Shown here: positions 1-8,811 of the stretch, piece by piece
Layout of the letters: each line of letters opens with the position of its first letter
Position numbering within the stretch: position 1 is the stretch's first letter
NCBI GenBank assembly: GCA_963828345.1
Contig: CAWHEZ010000035.1
Span: 7,540 to 71,539 of the forward strand
Direction of reading: 5' to 3'
Length of the DNA stretch: 64,000 nt
From: an uncultured delta proteobacterium
Lineage (GTDB): Bacteria; Desulfobacterota; Desulfobacteria; Desulfobacterales; SpSt-501
Notes under the pieces: generated by a model
What the model was told of the DNA's origin: nothing
What the model saw: only the letters and a program-made list of their open reading frames with translations
The model's database searches: none
Translations under genes and position numbers: made by a program

Positions 1-128
1 TTTGGTCGGCGCGCTCGGTCGTGTCGACGATGCGAGCGCCAAGCGATGATCGACCGCCAGCACCGACTGCCGGTGGTCCGGCAGTACCGGATATCCGGTT
101 CAGAACCATCGACGCGATAGGAGCCGAC

Positions 129-1154
129 ATGAAGCGAGTAGCAATGAGTTTCGCGGGCTCGGGGCTGCTGTGGTTTTTCCTGACCGCACCTGTATTGGCT
201 GACGAGGTTTATCTGAAAAACGGCAACCACATGTCGGGCACCATAATTTCCATGAGCGAGGGCAAACTCATTCTGGAGACGGATTTCGCCGGCCGGCTGA
301 CCATCGACTGGGCCAGCGTTGAACGGCTTTCCACGGATGCGCCACTCACGGTAGTCTTGGAGGAGCAGGGGGCGACCTTAAGGGGGACCCCACGGCCCTC
401 CGCAGTGGCGAACCAACTGGTGCTGAACGAAGGATCGATTCAGGATCCCTTGATGATTGAGCTGTCCAGGGTAAAGGCCATCAATCCCCCGGATGAGCGG
501 CCGATCCTGCTCAACGGCCGCATCAACGTGGGGCTCAACAAGGCGAGCGGCAACACCGACCTAGAAAACGCCCACGTCGATGCGGAGTTCATCGCTCGCA
601 CGGTCAGCCATCGAGTATTCTTCGGGGGAGCCTACAACCGAGCATCCGAGGACAACCGCAAAACCGAAGACAACGCCATGGGCCGCCTGAAGCACGACTA
701 CTTTCTGACCCGGGAGCTGTATTGGTATTTGAACGGCTTGGCCGAACGGGACACGCTGAGCGACATCAACCTGAGAACCACAGTGGGGCCCGGTGTGGGT
801 TATCAGTTTTTCGAAGGAAGGCTGATGAACCTGTCGATTGAAGCCGGCCCGAGCTATGTGAGGACCGACTACGACCAGGCCGAAAGCAAGGATTCCCTTT
901 CGGGGCGCTGGGCGATGAACTTCGACCGTTTTTTCTTTGAAAAGCTTTTTCAGTACTATTTTACAAATGAGGGCTACATCAGTGCCTCGGACGCAAGTGA
1001 TGTGTTCATGTTCACCCGCACCGGCCTGCGATTTCCCATCCGCGGTGGTTTGTCTTTCAATGCCGGCTTCGAATGGGACTGGGACAACACTCCGGCCGAG
1101 CGCACCGACAAATCCGACTACCGCTACATCCTGTCCGTCGGCTATGGATTCTGA
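129..1154 (+). CDS. DUF481/YdiY-like outer-membrane beta-barrel protein
   Basis: In ORF 21..1154. Internal Met37 (ATG 129) is preceded by AGGAG and followed by a signal peptide, MKRVAMSFAGSGLLWFFLTAPVLA. The Gly/Asn/Tyr-rich C-terminal half ending in aromatic F is typical of the DUF481 family. Confidence 0.8.
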   Translation: MKRVAMSFAGSGLLWFFLTAPVLADEVYLKNGNHMSGTIISMSEGKLILETDFAGRLTIDWASVERLSTDAPLTVVLEEQGATLRGTPRPSAVANQLVLNEGSIQDPLMIELSRVKAINPPDERPILLNGRINVGLNKASGNTDLENAHVDAEFIARTVSHRVFFGGAYNRASEDNRKTEDNAMGRLKHDYFLTRELYWYLNGLAERDTLSDINLRTTVGPGVGYQFFEGRLMNLSIEAGPSYVRTDYDQAESKDSLSGRWAMNFDRFFFEKLFQYYFTNEGYISASDASDVFMFTRTGLRFPIRGGLSFNAGFEWDWDNTPAERTDKSDYRYILSVGYGF

Positions 1155-1658
1155 ACAAAACACCCCGTCGCCGTGGACGGGATGCTCTGACAACCGGCCC
1201 AATTATCCATAGCGGCCGCTCGTGTGGCTTTAACCTTTTTTTGTAAATGGTCACCCGATCTTCCTAAAATCGATATCCCCCCTCCACGTCCGTGCGCGCA
1301 AGCTGCACCTTGAGACGGTGGCCCATTCTTCTTCCAACAATAGTCTCTCGCCACGCCGGGGTAGGTAGAACCGATTTTAGCTCGATACGAACCTGAGCAG
1401 GGTCGGGAGCCGGCGGGTTCCCTCCGACCTCCGGGTGGCCAGAAGTTGTTCCGTCTCAAAACATCCACCGCCTTTCGTCTCCGGCTCAGAACGTGGCTTC
1501 GTCCTCGAAACTTGTTGCGCCTTCGATCCCGTGAGCCTAAGATTCCCCGGAAAATTTATGATCTGCAGGGTCGCGGCAGTTGGCCGTCCCATCCGATCCG
1601 ATGGGCGGCACGTTAGCGTCCCGAGCTGAGTCATCCCTTGCCGAGAAGGTTAGCGCTG

Positions 1659-3593
1659 ATGAACTTCTTTCCCCACCTGTTTCAGCCCATTCGCATCGGG
1701 CGCCTGCAGTCCAGGAACCGGCTGCTCATGTCCGCCATGAGCATCAACTTCGGCGTGGACGAAAAAGGCCACGTGACCGAGCAGCTGATCCGATACATGG
1801 CGGCGCGGGCCGAGGGCGGTGTGGGCATGATGCTGGTGGGCGGCGGCGGGGTGCACCCCACGGGCGTGGAGCTGCCCCACCTTCCCGCCTTGTGGGAGGA
1901 CGACTGCATTCCGGGGCTGAAGAAGATGGCCCGGGCGGTGAAACCGTATGCCGTCCCGCTCGGCATGCAGCTGATGCACGGCGGGCGCCAATCCTACCAC
2001 GACCGGAAAGTCGCCCCTTCGGCCATTCCGGCGCCTGCGCTGGCAAAGGGGACCCCGCGCGAGCTCCGGCTCGATGAAATCCCCACGCTGGTGGCGGCGT
2101 TTGGAGATGCAGCGCGGCGCTGCTTGGAGGCGGGCTTCGACTTCGTCGAAGTCCACGGGGCCCACGGGTACCTCATCAACCAGTTTCTGGCCCCCAACTC
2201 CAACCGGCGCACCGACCGCTACGGCGGCAGCTTCGAAAATCGAACGCGGTTCCTGCTGGAAATCCTCGAGGACATCCGGGGCAAATGCGGGGCGGGATTC
2301 ACCGTGGGCATCCGCATGAACGGCGAGGATTACATCGACGACGGGTGGGGCATGGACGAAGCGCTCCGGCTTGCGCCGGTGCTGGAGCAACACGGGGCCG
2401 ATTACCTGCATGTTTCAGCCGGCGTGTATGGCAGTCGACAGCTGACGATCCCATCCATGTATGTGGAGCAGGGGTGCTTTGTCCATCTGGCGGACGCGGT
2501 GAAACGGCGGGTTGCAATCCCGGTGGTGGCGGTAGGCCGTATAAAAAGCCCGGCAATGGCGGATGCGATTATCCGGGACCATAAGGCGGACATGGTCGCC
2601 CTGGGGCGCTCCCTTCTCGCCGATGCTCAGTGGCCCGACAAGGCGAAGAACGGTTCGACCCGAACCATCCGCCCCTGCATCGGCTGCTGCCTGGGGTGCA
2701 TCCATACCGTATTGAAACTGGAACCGGGCGGGTGCGTCGTAAACCCGGACGTGGGGCGGGAGTACCTGCTCCCGGCCGGCATCGAACCGGCCGCCGAACC
2801 GAAGACGTGCCTGGTCGTGGGGGCAGGGCCGGCCGGGTTGGCGGCGGCCCGCATGCTGGCGCTGCGCGGCCACACGGTTTTGGTTTGCGAACAGCAGGCC
2901 GAAGTCGGCGGCGCGCTGCGGCTGGCGTCCAAGCCGCCCGGCCGTGGCGAGTTGATGGATATCCTGGACTATTTCGTGGAAGAACTGGCCCGTTTGAAGG
3001 TCGCCGTCCGGTTGAACAGCCCGGTCGCGGAGGAGCTGCTGCAGGCGTTCAACCCGGACGACGTCGTTCTGGCGACCGGCAGCCTGCCCGATACGCCGAT
3101 GATCAAGGGCCTTTATCAGACACGCATGCAGGTCTGCACGGTAACGGAATTGCTGTCGGAGGCGCTTGACGTTGGGGATCGGGTCCTCATTTGGGGCGGC
3201 AATCAGGCGGGCCTGGTCCTGGCCGATCATTTAGCCGCAAGGGGCAAATGCGTCACGGTCCTGCACCGCAGAGAGCATTTTGGCGAGGAGATGTCCGGCA
3301 ACGATCGCTATTACCTGCGCGAACGCTTGAAACGTGCGGGCGTTATGCTGTACAAGAACGCGCACGTCCAATCGTTTCTCGCCGACGGCGTCCGCTTCCG
3401 TGCCGGCGACCGGGCGATGGAACTCAGGGAGTTCGAAAGCCTCGTTCTCGCCGACACCTTCGTCAGCCTGCGCGAAGCCTCCAATCTGATCAAACCGCAT
3501 CGCGCGCGAGTTCATTTCATCGGGGACGCGAAAAGCCCCCGGCACGTGATGTATGCCATCAGCGAAGGCGAGGAACTCGGGCGCACGCTATAG
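1659..3593 (+). CDS. NADH:flavin oxidoreductase (OYE-like TIM barrel) fused to an FAD/NAD(P)-binding domain; 2,4-dienoyl-CoA reductase-like
   Basis: ORF 1638..3593. N-terminal OYE motifs (HGAHGYLINQFL), a Cys cluster (RPCIGCCLGC) and a GxGxxG motif (VVGAGPAGLAAA). The ATG at 1659 (MNFFPHLFQP) has GAGAAGG upstream. Confidence 0.85.
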   Translation: MNFFPHLFQPIRIGRLQSRNRLLMSAMSINFGVDEKGHVTEQLIRYMAARAEGGVGMMLVGGGGVHPTGVELPHLPALWEDDCIPGLKKMARAVKPYAVPLGMQLMHGGRQSYHDRKVAPSAIPAPALAKGTPRELRLDEIPTLVAAFGDAARRCLEAGFDFVEVHGAHGYLINQFLAPNSNRRTDRYGGSFENRTRFLLEILEDIRGKCGAGFTVGIRMNGEDYIDDGWGMDEALRLAPVLEQHGADYLHVSAGVYGSRQLTIPSMYVEQGCFVHLADAVKRRVAIPVVAVGRIKSPAMADAIIRDHKADMVALGRSLLADAQWPDKAKNGSTRTIRPCIGCCLGCIHTVLKLEPGGCVVNPDVGREYLLPAGIEPAAEPKTCLVVGAGPAGLAAARMLALRGHTVLVCEQQAEVGGALRLASKPPGRGELMDILDYFVEELARLKVAVRLNSPVAEELLQAFNPDDVVLATGSLPDTPMIKGLYQTRMQVCTVTELLSEALDVGDRVLIWGGNQAGLVLADHLAARGKCVTVLHRREHFGEEMSGNDRYYLRERLKRAGVMLYKNAHVQSFLADGVRFRAGDRAMELREFESLVLADTFVSLREASNLIKPHRARVHFIGDAKSPRHVMYAISEGEELGRTL

Positions 3594-3607
3594 AAGGGAC
3601 ACCGATC

Positions 3608-4943
3608 ATGCCCAACGATCCGCTCCATTTCACGATCAAGGACATTTTGAAAACCGAGGTGGCGCTGGCATTGGGCTGCACCGAGCCGGTCGCGATCGCC
3701 TTGAGCTCCGCGGCGGCCGCGGCGCTGCTGCCCGGCAAGGAAATCGTGTCGATCCAGGTCTGGGTCGATCCCAACATCTACAAGAACGGGATCGCGGTGC
3801 TTGATACCCGGTTCGGACGATCTGAGAGGCCTTGACGTCGCAGGCGCGCTGGGCGCCTTCGGCGGCAATCCGCTGCTGCGCCTCGAGGTCCTGCAGCCGA
3901 TCACCGAGGAGATCGCCCAGCGGGCCAAACGGTTCGTAGCGGAAAAGAAGGTCGACGTTCACATCGTCGCCGACTCGAAAGGGCTTTACATCCGCACGGT
4001 CGTCCGGACGGCAACCGACGAGGCCGAGTGCGTCATCAAGGGGCTGCACGACAACATCGTCGCGCTCGCGCTGAACGGCGCGCCCGTCACCGACAGCCCG
4101 CTGCTGAGCGGCGCGAGTGGAAGCCCGTCCAAGGCCGATTTGCAGGAGGTCGAGAACTGGCTGAGGACCCTTTCCCTCAAACGGCTGGTGGAGATGATCG
4201 ACGAGCTGGATGCCGAGGACCTGGCGTTCCTGGAGGAGGGCATTCAGACCAATCTGCGGCTGGCCGAGCATGGTCTGAAATTCGGCTCCGGGTTGGGGGT
4301 GGGCAAGACACTGGAACGGTTGGTGCGGCAGAAGCTGATCAACAGCGACATGATCGTGGCCGCCAAGATCCTCACCTCGGCGGCTTCGGATGCCCGGATG
4401 GCCGGCGTGTCTCTGCCGGCGATGAGCTCGGCCGGGAGCGGGAACCACGGGTTGACCGCCACGCTGCCGATCTGGGCGGTAAAGGATTTTCTGCAGTGCA
4501 AGCCCCAGACGGTGCTCGAGGCCGTCGGCCTCAGCCACCTCGTCACCGCCTATGTGAAAGCCCATACCGGCAGGCTTTCCGCCGTGTGCGGCTGCTCGAT
4601 CGCCGCCGGGGCCGGCGCGACGGCGGGGATCACCTACCTGCTCGGGGGCGGCCTTCACCACATGGCCAGCGCCATCATGAATCTGACCGAGGACCTGGCC
4701 GGCATCATCTGCGACGGCGCCAAGGCGGGCTGCTCCCTGAAGCTGCTGACCGCCGCCGGCAGCGCCGTCCAGGCCGCCCTGTTCGCCATTCACGGGGTCC
4801 GCGTCCAGTCGACGGACGGCATCATCGGCTTTTCGCCCGAACAGACCATGCGCAACGTCGGGAGGCTGAGCTCGCAGGGGATGATCGAAACCGACCGCAC
4901 CATCCTGAAAATCATGCTCGACAAGAAATTCCAGGATGTGTGA
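3608..4943 (+). pseudogene. UPF0597/YhaM-type L-cysteine desulfidase family protein, reading frame broken near 3797-3805
   Basis: The N-terminus MPNDPLHFTIKDILKTEVALALGCTEPVAIAL...NIYKNGIAV is in the frame of ORF 3191..3835. The family continues as IPGSDDLRGLDVAGALGAFGGNP in ORF 3801..4943, one frame over. Confidence 0.8.
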
Positions 4944-5000
4944 GTGGCGGCGACCGCCGACTGATTAAGTGACGGTTGCCATGGATAGGAGCATGGGGTC

Positions 5001-5054
5001 GACCGCGGCGACCGGCGCTGCAGCCGGCGCCGCGGTCCGTCTTTCCGGTTTTGC
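5001..5054 (+). terminator. Rho-independent terminator candidate after the yhaM-like gene
   Basis: GC-rich inverted repeat GACCGCGGCGaCCGGC-gctgca-GCCGGCGCCGCGGTC, followed by the T-rich tail cgtctttccggtttt. Confidence 0.5.
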
Positions 5055-5297
5055 GTCTTCGTGTTTGAACCGTTGGCCCACGCCGCCTATTGGGCCGGCA
5101 GCAGCTTCTCGTCAGTCAGGAAAAAACCGATGATGCAAAAAAGGATGATGCCCATGCCAGCAGCGGGATGACACCCAGCGACGAAATCATCGCAGCCAAA
5201 GCGGCCTTGAGCTGGAGGGACTGGAAGCTCAATTTCGAAATGTCGAGAGTCAGATTTCAGTCCGTCGAGAATTGCGCATGGCGTTTGACAGAGGCCG

Positions 5298-5459
5298 TCA
5301 TCGCCCGCGGATCGAGAGCATGTAGACGCCGGCGACGATGAGGAGCAGGGGCCACCACTGGCGGAACAGATGGTCGACCCGCGGGATCAGGTTGAAATTC
5401 GACAGGAGAAACAGCGCCCCCAGGACAATCAGGATCACTGCGAGGAATTTCGAACGCAT
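5298..5459 (-). CDS. Small two-helix membrane protein (53 aa), hypothetical
   Basis: Hand translation of the minus strand: MRSKFLAVILIVLGALFLLSNFNLIPRVDHLFRQWWPLLLIVAGVYMLSIRGR, with ATG at 5459 and TGA at 5298-5300. It is too short for the ORF track. A G-rich stretch lies just upstream. Confidence 0.4.
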   Translation of the reverse strand: MRSKFLAVILIVLGALFLLSNFNLIPRVDHLFRQWWPLLLIVAGVYMLSIRGR

Positions 5460-5592
5460 AGGCCCCCCGGGAGTCGGTGTCGATCCAACGACTTCAGCGT
5501 GCGGTCAAGACACACGTAACCATCCCATCACCTGCAGCGGGCGGCCCGCAGAGCGCATGGCTCTATGGGCCGCCCGCTGCCACCTGAAGACC

Positions 5593-5850
5593 TCAGTTGA
5601 TCACCTGCTTGGGTTCCTCTTCCCAACCGTCATGCAGGACATCGCTGATGTCCGCATGGACCCCTTCCAGAAGTTCGGAGATGTCGCACAGGATCTTGCC
5701 GATGCCGCTGAAGAAGCCGGCATCGAATCTTTCCTTGCACTGCTGCGGGTCCAACGACTCAAACATCTGGCCGAGGGCATACAGCCGGGAATCCAGATCC
5801 GCCACCTGGTAAAACCAGTACTCGAGTTTTTCTTTTTGCTTTTCGTTCAC
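5593..5850 (-). CDS. Hypothetical acidic protein (85 aa)
   Basis: ORF track entry. GTG start with GGGAGG 7 nt upstream. Non-shadow amino-acid composition in a locally lower-GC stretch. Confidence 0.55.
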   Translation of the reverse strand: MNEKQKEKLEYWFYQVADLDSRLYALGQMFESLDPQQCKERFDAGFFSGIGKILCDISELLEGVHADISDVLHDGWEEEPKQVIN

Positions 5851-6249
5851 TTTGCGACCTCCCGTGACGCGGTGTGATGGGCGGGACGACGCTGGAAAGA
5901 TTCCTTTGCAGCGCCCGGCCCGCGCGCAGCCGTTCTAAAGAAAAAACCGTGGGCTGACGGAAACGCGCGTGCCGCCGGAGGACTCGAATCGAGGTTCGCC
6001 GAGCCCCCGGCGTTCGAACCATATCAGACTAAGCGGTCGAGTCAACGGAAGAAGGTGCGACGTCTCCGAAACGGATACGACTGCGCATGCACCCGCCCGG
6101 CGGGAAAATATGTTCCACCAAGGAGCGGCAGCGCCTCAACACGATGCAGAACAAGGCCGGCGGGGACATCTACACCCAGAAGCACGACGCGCAGAGCGTC
6201 CCGGTCCGGAAGAAGCCATAAATCTGGAGTCAGATATCTGAAAACCGCC

Positions 6250-6282
6250 ATGGCCCTTCTCTGAAGAGGGGCCATTTTCTTA
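6250..6282 (+). terminator. Rho-independent terminator candidate
   Basis: Hairpin ATGGCCCTTCT-ctga-AGAGGGGCCAT, followed by TTTTCTTAT. Confidence 0.45.
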
Positions 6283-6400
6283 TCCGTGGTGTTCGCATCG
6301 AACTCGTTTGCCGGAGGATATCCTCCCGGTTTATGTCGCAACGCGCGTTCGCGAATGTTCGGAATTTGATTCAATCCGGTACGCCGTTTATTTGTCGGGT

Positions 6401-6435
6401 TTGCAATTTACTTTTCGAAGAATTGGAATTAAAAT
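6401..6435 (+). promoter_or_regulatory. Sigma70-type promoter candidates for the 6487 gene
   Basis: AT-rich stretch containing two overlapping candidates: TTTACT-17 nt-TAAAAT, and TTGCAA-17 nt-TGGAAT. They sit about 50 nt upstream of the AAAGGAAA ribosome-binding site and the ATG at 6487. Confidence 0.35.
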
Positions 6436-6486
6436 GTTCGAAGGTATTCACCGCATTCATCACACTTCGCGAAAGGAAATGTACGC

Positions 6487-6819
6487 ATGCCGAAAAAGAA
6501 AATGGGCGATCCGGAAAAGCTGATCAAGATGATTGCAGATCAAATCCCGCAAGCGGAGATCATGAAAAAAATCGGGATCAAGACATCCACCCAGCTCAAA
6601 ACCGCATACGCCAATGCGTTGATTGCGGCCGGCAAAGTTCCCGCCATCATGGGGGGCCGGGGAGGCCAGAAAGCAGAATCCAAGAAGAAACTGGTCGGCG
6701 TGGGAAAGCGGGGCAGCATCATCGTTCCGGCGGACGTGGTTTCGGGACTGGGAGTTGGTAAGAATGAACGGTTCAGCGTCCGAAAAACCAAGGCCGGGCT
6801 GGCGCTGAAAAAGGTTTGA
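6487..6819 (+). CDS. Small basic putative DNA-binding protein (110 aa), AbrB/SpoVT-like C-terminus
   Basis: ORF track entry. Lys-rich with a Gly/Lys linker. The C-terminal GSIIVPADVVSGLGVGKNERFSVRKTKAGLALKKV resembles a swapped-hairpin AbrB-type motif. Confidence 0.6.
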   Translation: MPKKKMGDPEKLIKMIADQIPQAEIMKKIGIKTSTQLKTAYANALIAAGKVPAIMGGRGGQKAESKKKLVGVGKRGSIIVPADVVSGLGVGKNERFSVRKTKAGLALKKV

Positions 6820-6830
6820 CCTGCGTATCC

Positions 6831-6869
6831 GCGATGAAACCGGATCCTGGGCGGGTCCGGTTTCATCGC
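6831..6869. other. Perfect 14-bp hairpin between convergent genes, without a U-tract
   Basis: GCGATGAAACCGGA-tcctgggcggg-TCCGGTTTCATCGC. Confidence 0.5.
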
Positions 6870-7025
6870 AGGAATGCACCTGTATCGATCGACGTTCCCG
6901 GCGTTCGAGGCGGCCCGTTTGCCGCATAAACGGCGCGAGAATTCCGTCCGCATTTTTCGTAGTCCACCCGGATGGTCACGGCATCGCTTTTCCATTCCTG
7001 GATGGTCGACTCCACCTCTGTAGGG

Positions 7026-8093
7026 TCAGATGGTTCGGGCCCGTTCGTACGGTTCCGGCCAGCGAATGTCCGCGTGCAGGGTTGCGGCCGCGCGCAACGG
7101 CCAGTATGGGTCGCGCAGCAGCTCGCGGGCGAGGAAAACCGCGTCCGCCTGCTGGGTGCGCACGATCTGTTCGGCCTGCATCGGGTGGGTGATCAGGCCG
7201 ACCGCACCGGTGGGAATGCCGACCGCGCTGCGGATCGCAGCGGCAAACGGCACCTGGAAACCGGGGCCGGCCGGAACCTTGGCGAACGGCACCAGGCCGC
7301 CGCTCGAGCAGTCGATCAGGTCCACGCCCAGCTCTTTCAACATCCGGCAGAGCGCAATGGATTGCTCGAGGTCCCATCCCCCATCGACCCAGTCCGTGCA
7401 CGAAATGCGCGCGAAGAGCGGCAGGCGCTCCGGCCAGGTGTCGCGCACCGCCCGAGTCACCCGCAGCGCCAGCCGCACGCGGTTTTCGAAGGTGCCGCCG
7501 TACTCGTCCGTCCGCCGGTTGGACAGCGGGGAGAGAAACTCGTGCAACAAGTAGCCGTGCGCCATGTGGATTTCCAGGACCTCGAAGCCCGCCGCATGGC
7601 TGCGGGCCGCGCTCGCGGCAAACGCATCCGTCACAGCGTCGATGTCTGCGGCGGACATCGCGTGCGGGGTCGGATGCTCCTCGGCGAAGGCGATGGGGCT
7701 CGGGGCCAGCGGCTGCCACCCGCCGGCATCCGCCGCAAGAGGACGGCCTCCGCGCCACGGTGCGTCGGTGGAGGCCTTTCGGCCGGCGTGCGCCAGCTGG
7801 ATCCCTGCGACGCAGTCGAAGCCCTGCATGAAGGCTATCGTTCGCTCGAACGCACGGCCCTGCTCGTCGGCCCAGATCCCGCTGTCCCAGGGAGTGATGC
7901 GCCCTTCGGGGCATACGGCCGTGGCCTCCATCATCACCAGGCCGGCCCCGCCCACCGCCCGACTGCCCAGGTGCACGAAGTGCCAATCGGTCGGCACGCC
8001 GTCCACGCTCGAGTACTGACACATGGGGGAGACGAAGATGCGATTTTTGAAACGAACCCTGCGCAGTTCGAGAGGGGAAAAGAGCTTGCTCAT
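7026..8093 (-). CDS. NADH:flavin oxidoreductase / NADH oxidase (Old Yellow Enzyme, YqjM/NamA-like)
   Basis: Within ORF 7026..8330. MSKLFSPLELRRVRFKNRIFVSPMCQYSS starts at ATG 8093 with GGGGGAG upstream. HMAHGYLLHEFLSPLSNRRTDEYGG motif. Confidence 0.9.
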   Translation of the reverse strand: MSKLFSPLELRRVRFKNRIFVSPMCQYSSVDGVPTDWHFVHLGSRAVGGAGLVMMEATAVCPEGRITPWDSGIWADEQGRAFERTIAFMQGFDCVAGIQLAHAGRKASTDAPWRGGRPLAADAGGWQPLAPSPIAFAEEHPTPHAMSAADIDAVTDAFAASAARSHAAGFEVLEIHMAHGYLLHEFLSPLSNRRTDEYGGTFENRVRLALRVTRAVRDTWPERLPLFARISCTDWVDGGWDLEQSIALCRMLKELGVDLIDCSSGGLVPFAKVPAGPGFQVPFAAAIRSAVGIPTGAVGLITHPMQAEQIVRTQQADAVFLARELLRDPYWPLRAAATLHADIRWPEPYERARTI

Positions 8094-8354
8094 AAGATAC
8101 TCCCCCGGATGAATTCCATTGGGTGCCGCGAACCGAGGCCCAGACGCCTTCACGGGTCGAATCGGAAACGAGGGGTGCCCGGGTGTGAAGCGGAAGCCGG
8201 AATCACCGCTATCCGCAGGCAGGCGGGCGGGGAAGGGGGGAAGGACTCTACTAACCCCTGGGTGATTCCGGCTGAGGGCCTTGAGTTCTGTTTCTTTCAG
8301 CATCGTTGACATCGGGGTGAATGTCAACATCCGCCTCGATCGGATGGGATCCGG

Positions 8355-8660
8355 TCACGGAGTGCACTCGTTGATCGCGAAACACAAGGTGAACCAGTTG
8401 GCCGGCCGGCTTTTCACGGAATCGATGTTCTCCGCTTCGAAGCAGGCCACGGCCAGCTGGTAGGTGTGCTCGTCCAGCTCGACGTCTTTCCAGCCCAGGA
8501 AGGCCAGGCGCTGGTTGATGGCGGTGCGCGTCATATGCGGTTCGCCGAAGAACACGCTGACCATCTGCTTGAGGAGGCCCGGGATCAGGCAGGTCTCCAC
8601 CCCCATGTTCTGCAGGCGTTTGACCAACATGCCTTTGATCGAGCCGACTTTGCTCTCCAT
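8355..8660 (-). CDS. Hypothetical protein (101 aa)
   Basis: In ORF 8355..8744. Met29 (ATG 8660) has GGAGG 4 nt upstream. Non-shadow composition. No family recognised. Confidence 0.5.
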   Translation of the reverse strand: MESKVGSIKGMLVKRLQNMGVETCLIPGLLKQMVSVFFGEPHMTRTAINQRLAFLGWKDVELDEHTYQLAVACFEAENIDSVKSRPANWFTLCFAINECTP

Positions 8661-8811
8661 GCGACCTCCGACGGCGGAGGGAAGGCTCCGCCTGCGGGGC
8701 AACTCTGCAAGAAGCATGCATCGATCCCGCTTCATCGCAACCATCCGAAATTGCAGAAAAGCACTCGTCTCAGAGGAACGGAAAAAGATGTGCCAATGGG
8801 AAGGCGACTAC

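Noticed and set aside
5090-5297. A further tiny membrane ORF downstream of the 53-aa one (MGIILFCIIGFFLTDEKLLPAQ, minus strand).
   Set aside because: At 22 codons with no ribosome-binding site, it cannot be supported from sequence alone.
5975-6045. tRNA-like or tmRNA-like fragment, because of GGTTCGAA and TTCGAGTCC strings.
   Set aside because: - I could not build an acceptor stem or a T-arm around them.
- The flanking bases are not complementary.
5969-6374. ORF-track entries 5969..6241 (+), 6055..6264 (+) and 6042..6374 (-).
   Set aside because: - They overlap each other, have filler-like translations and lack ribosome-binding sites.
- Only the shorter 6087-6221 frame looked protein-like, and it is reported as a low-confidence finding.
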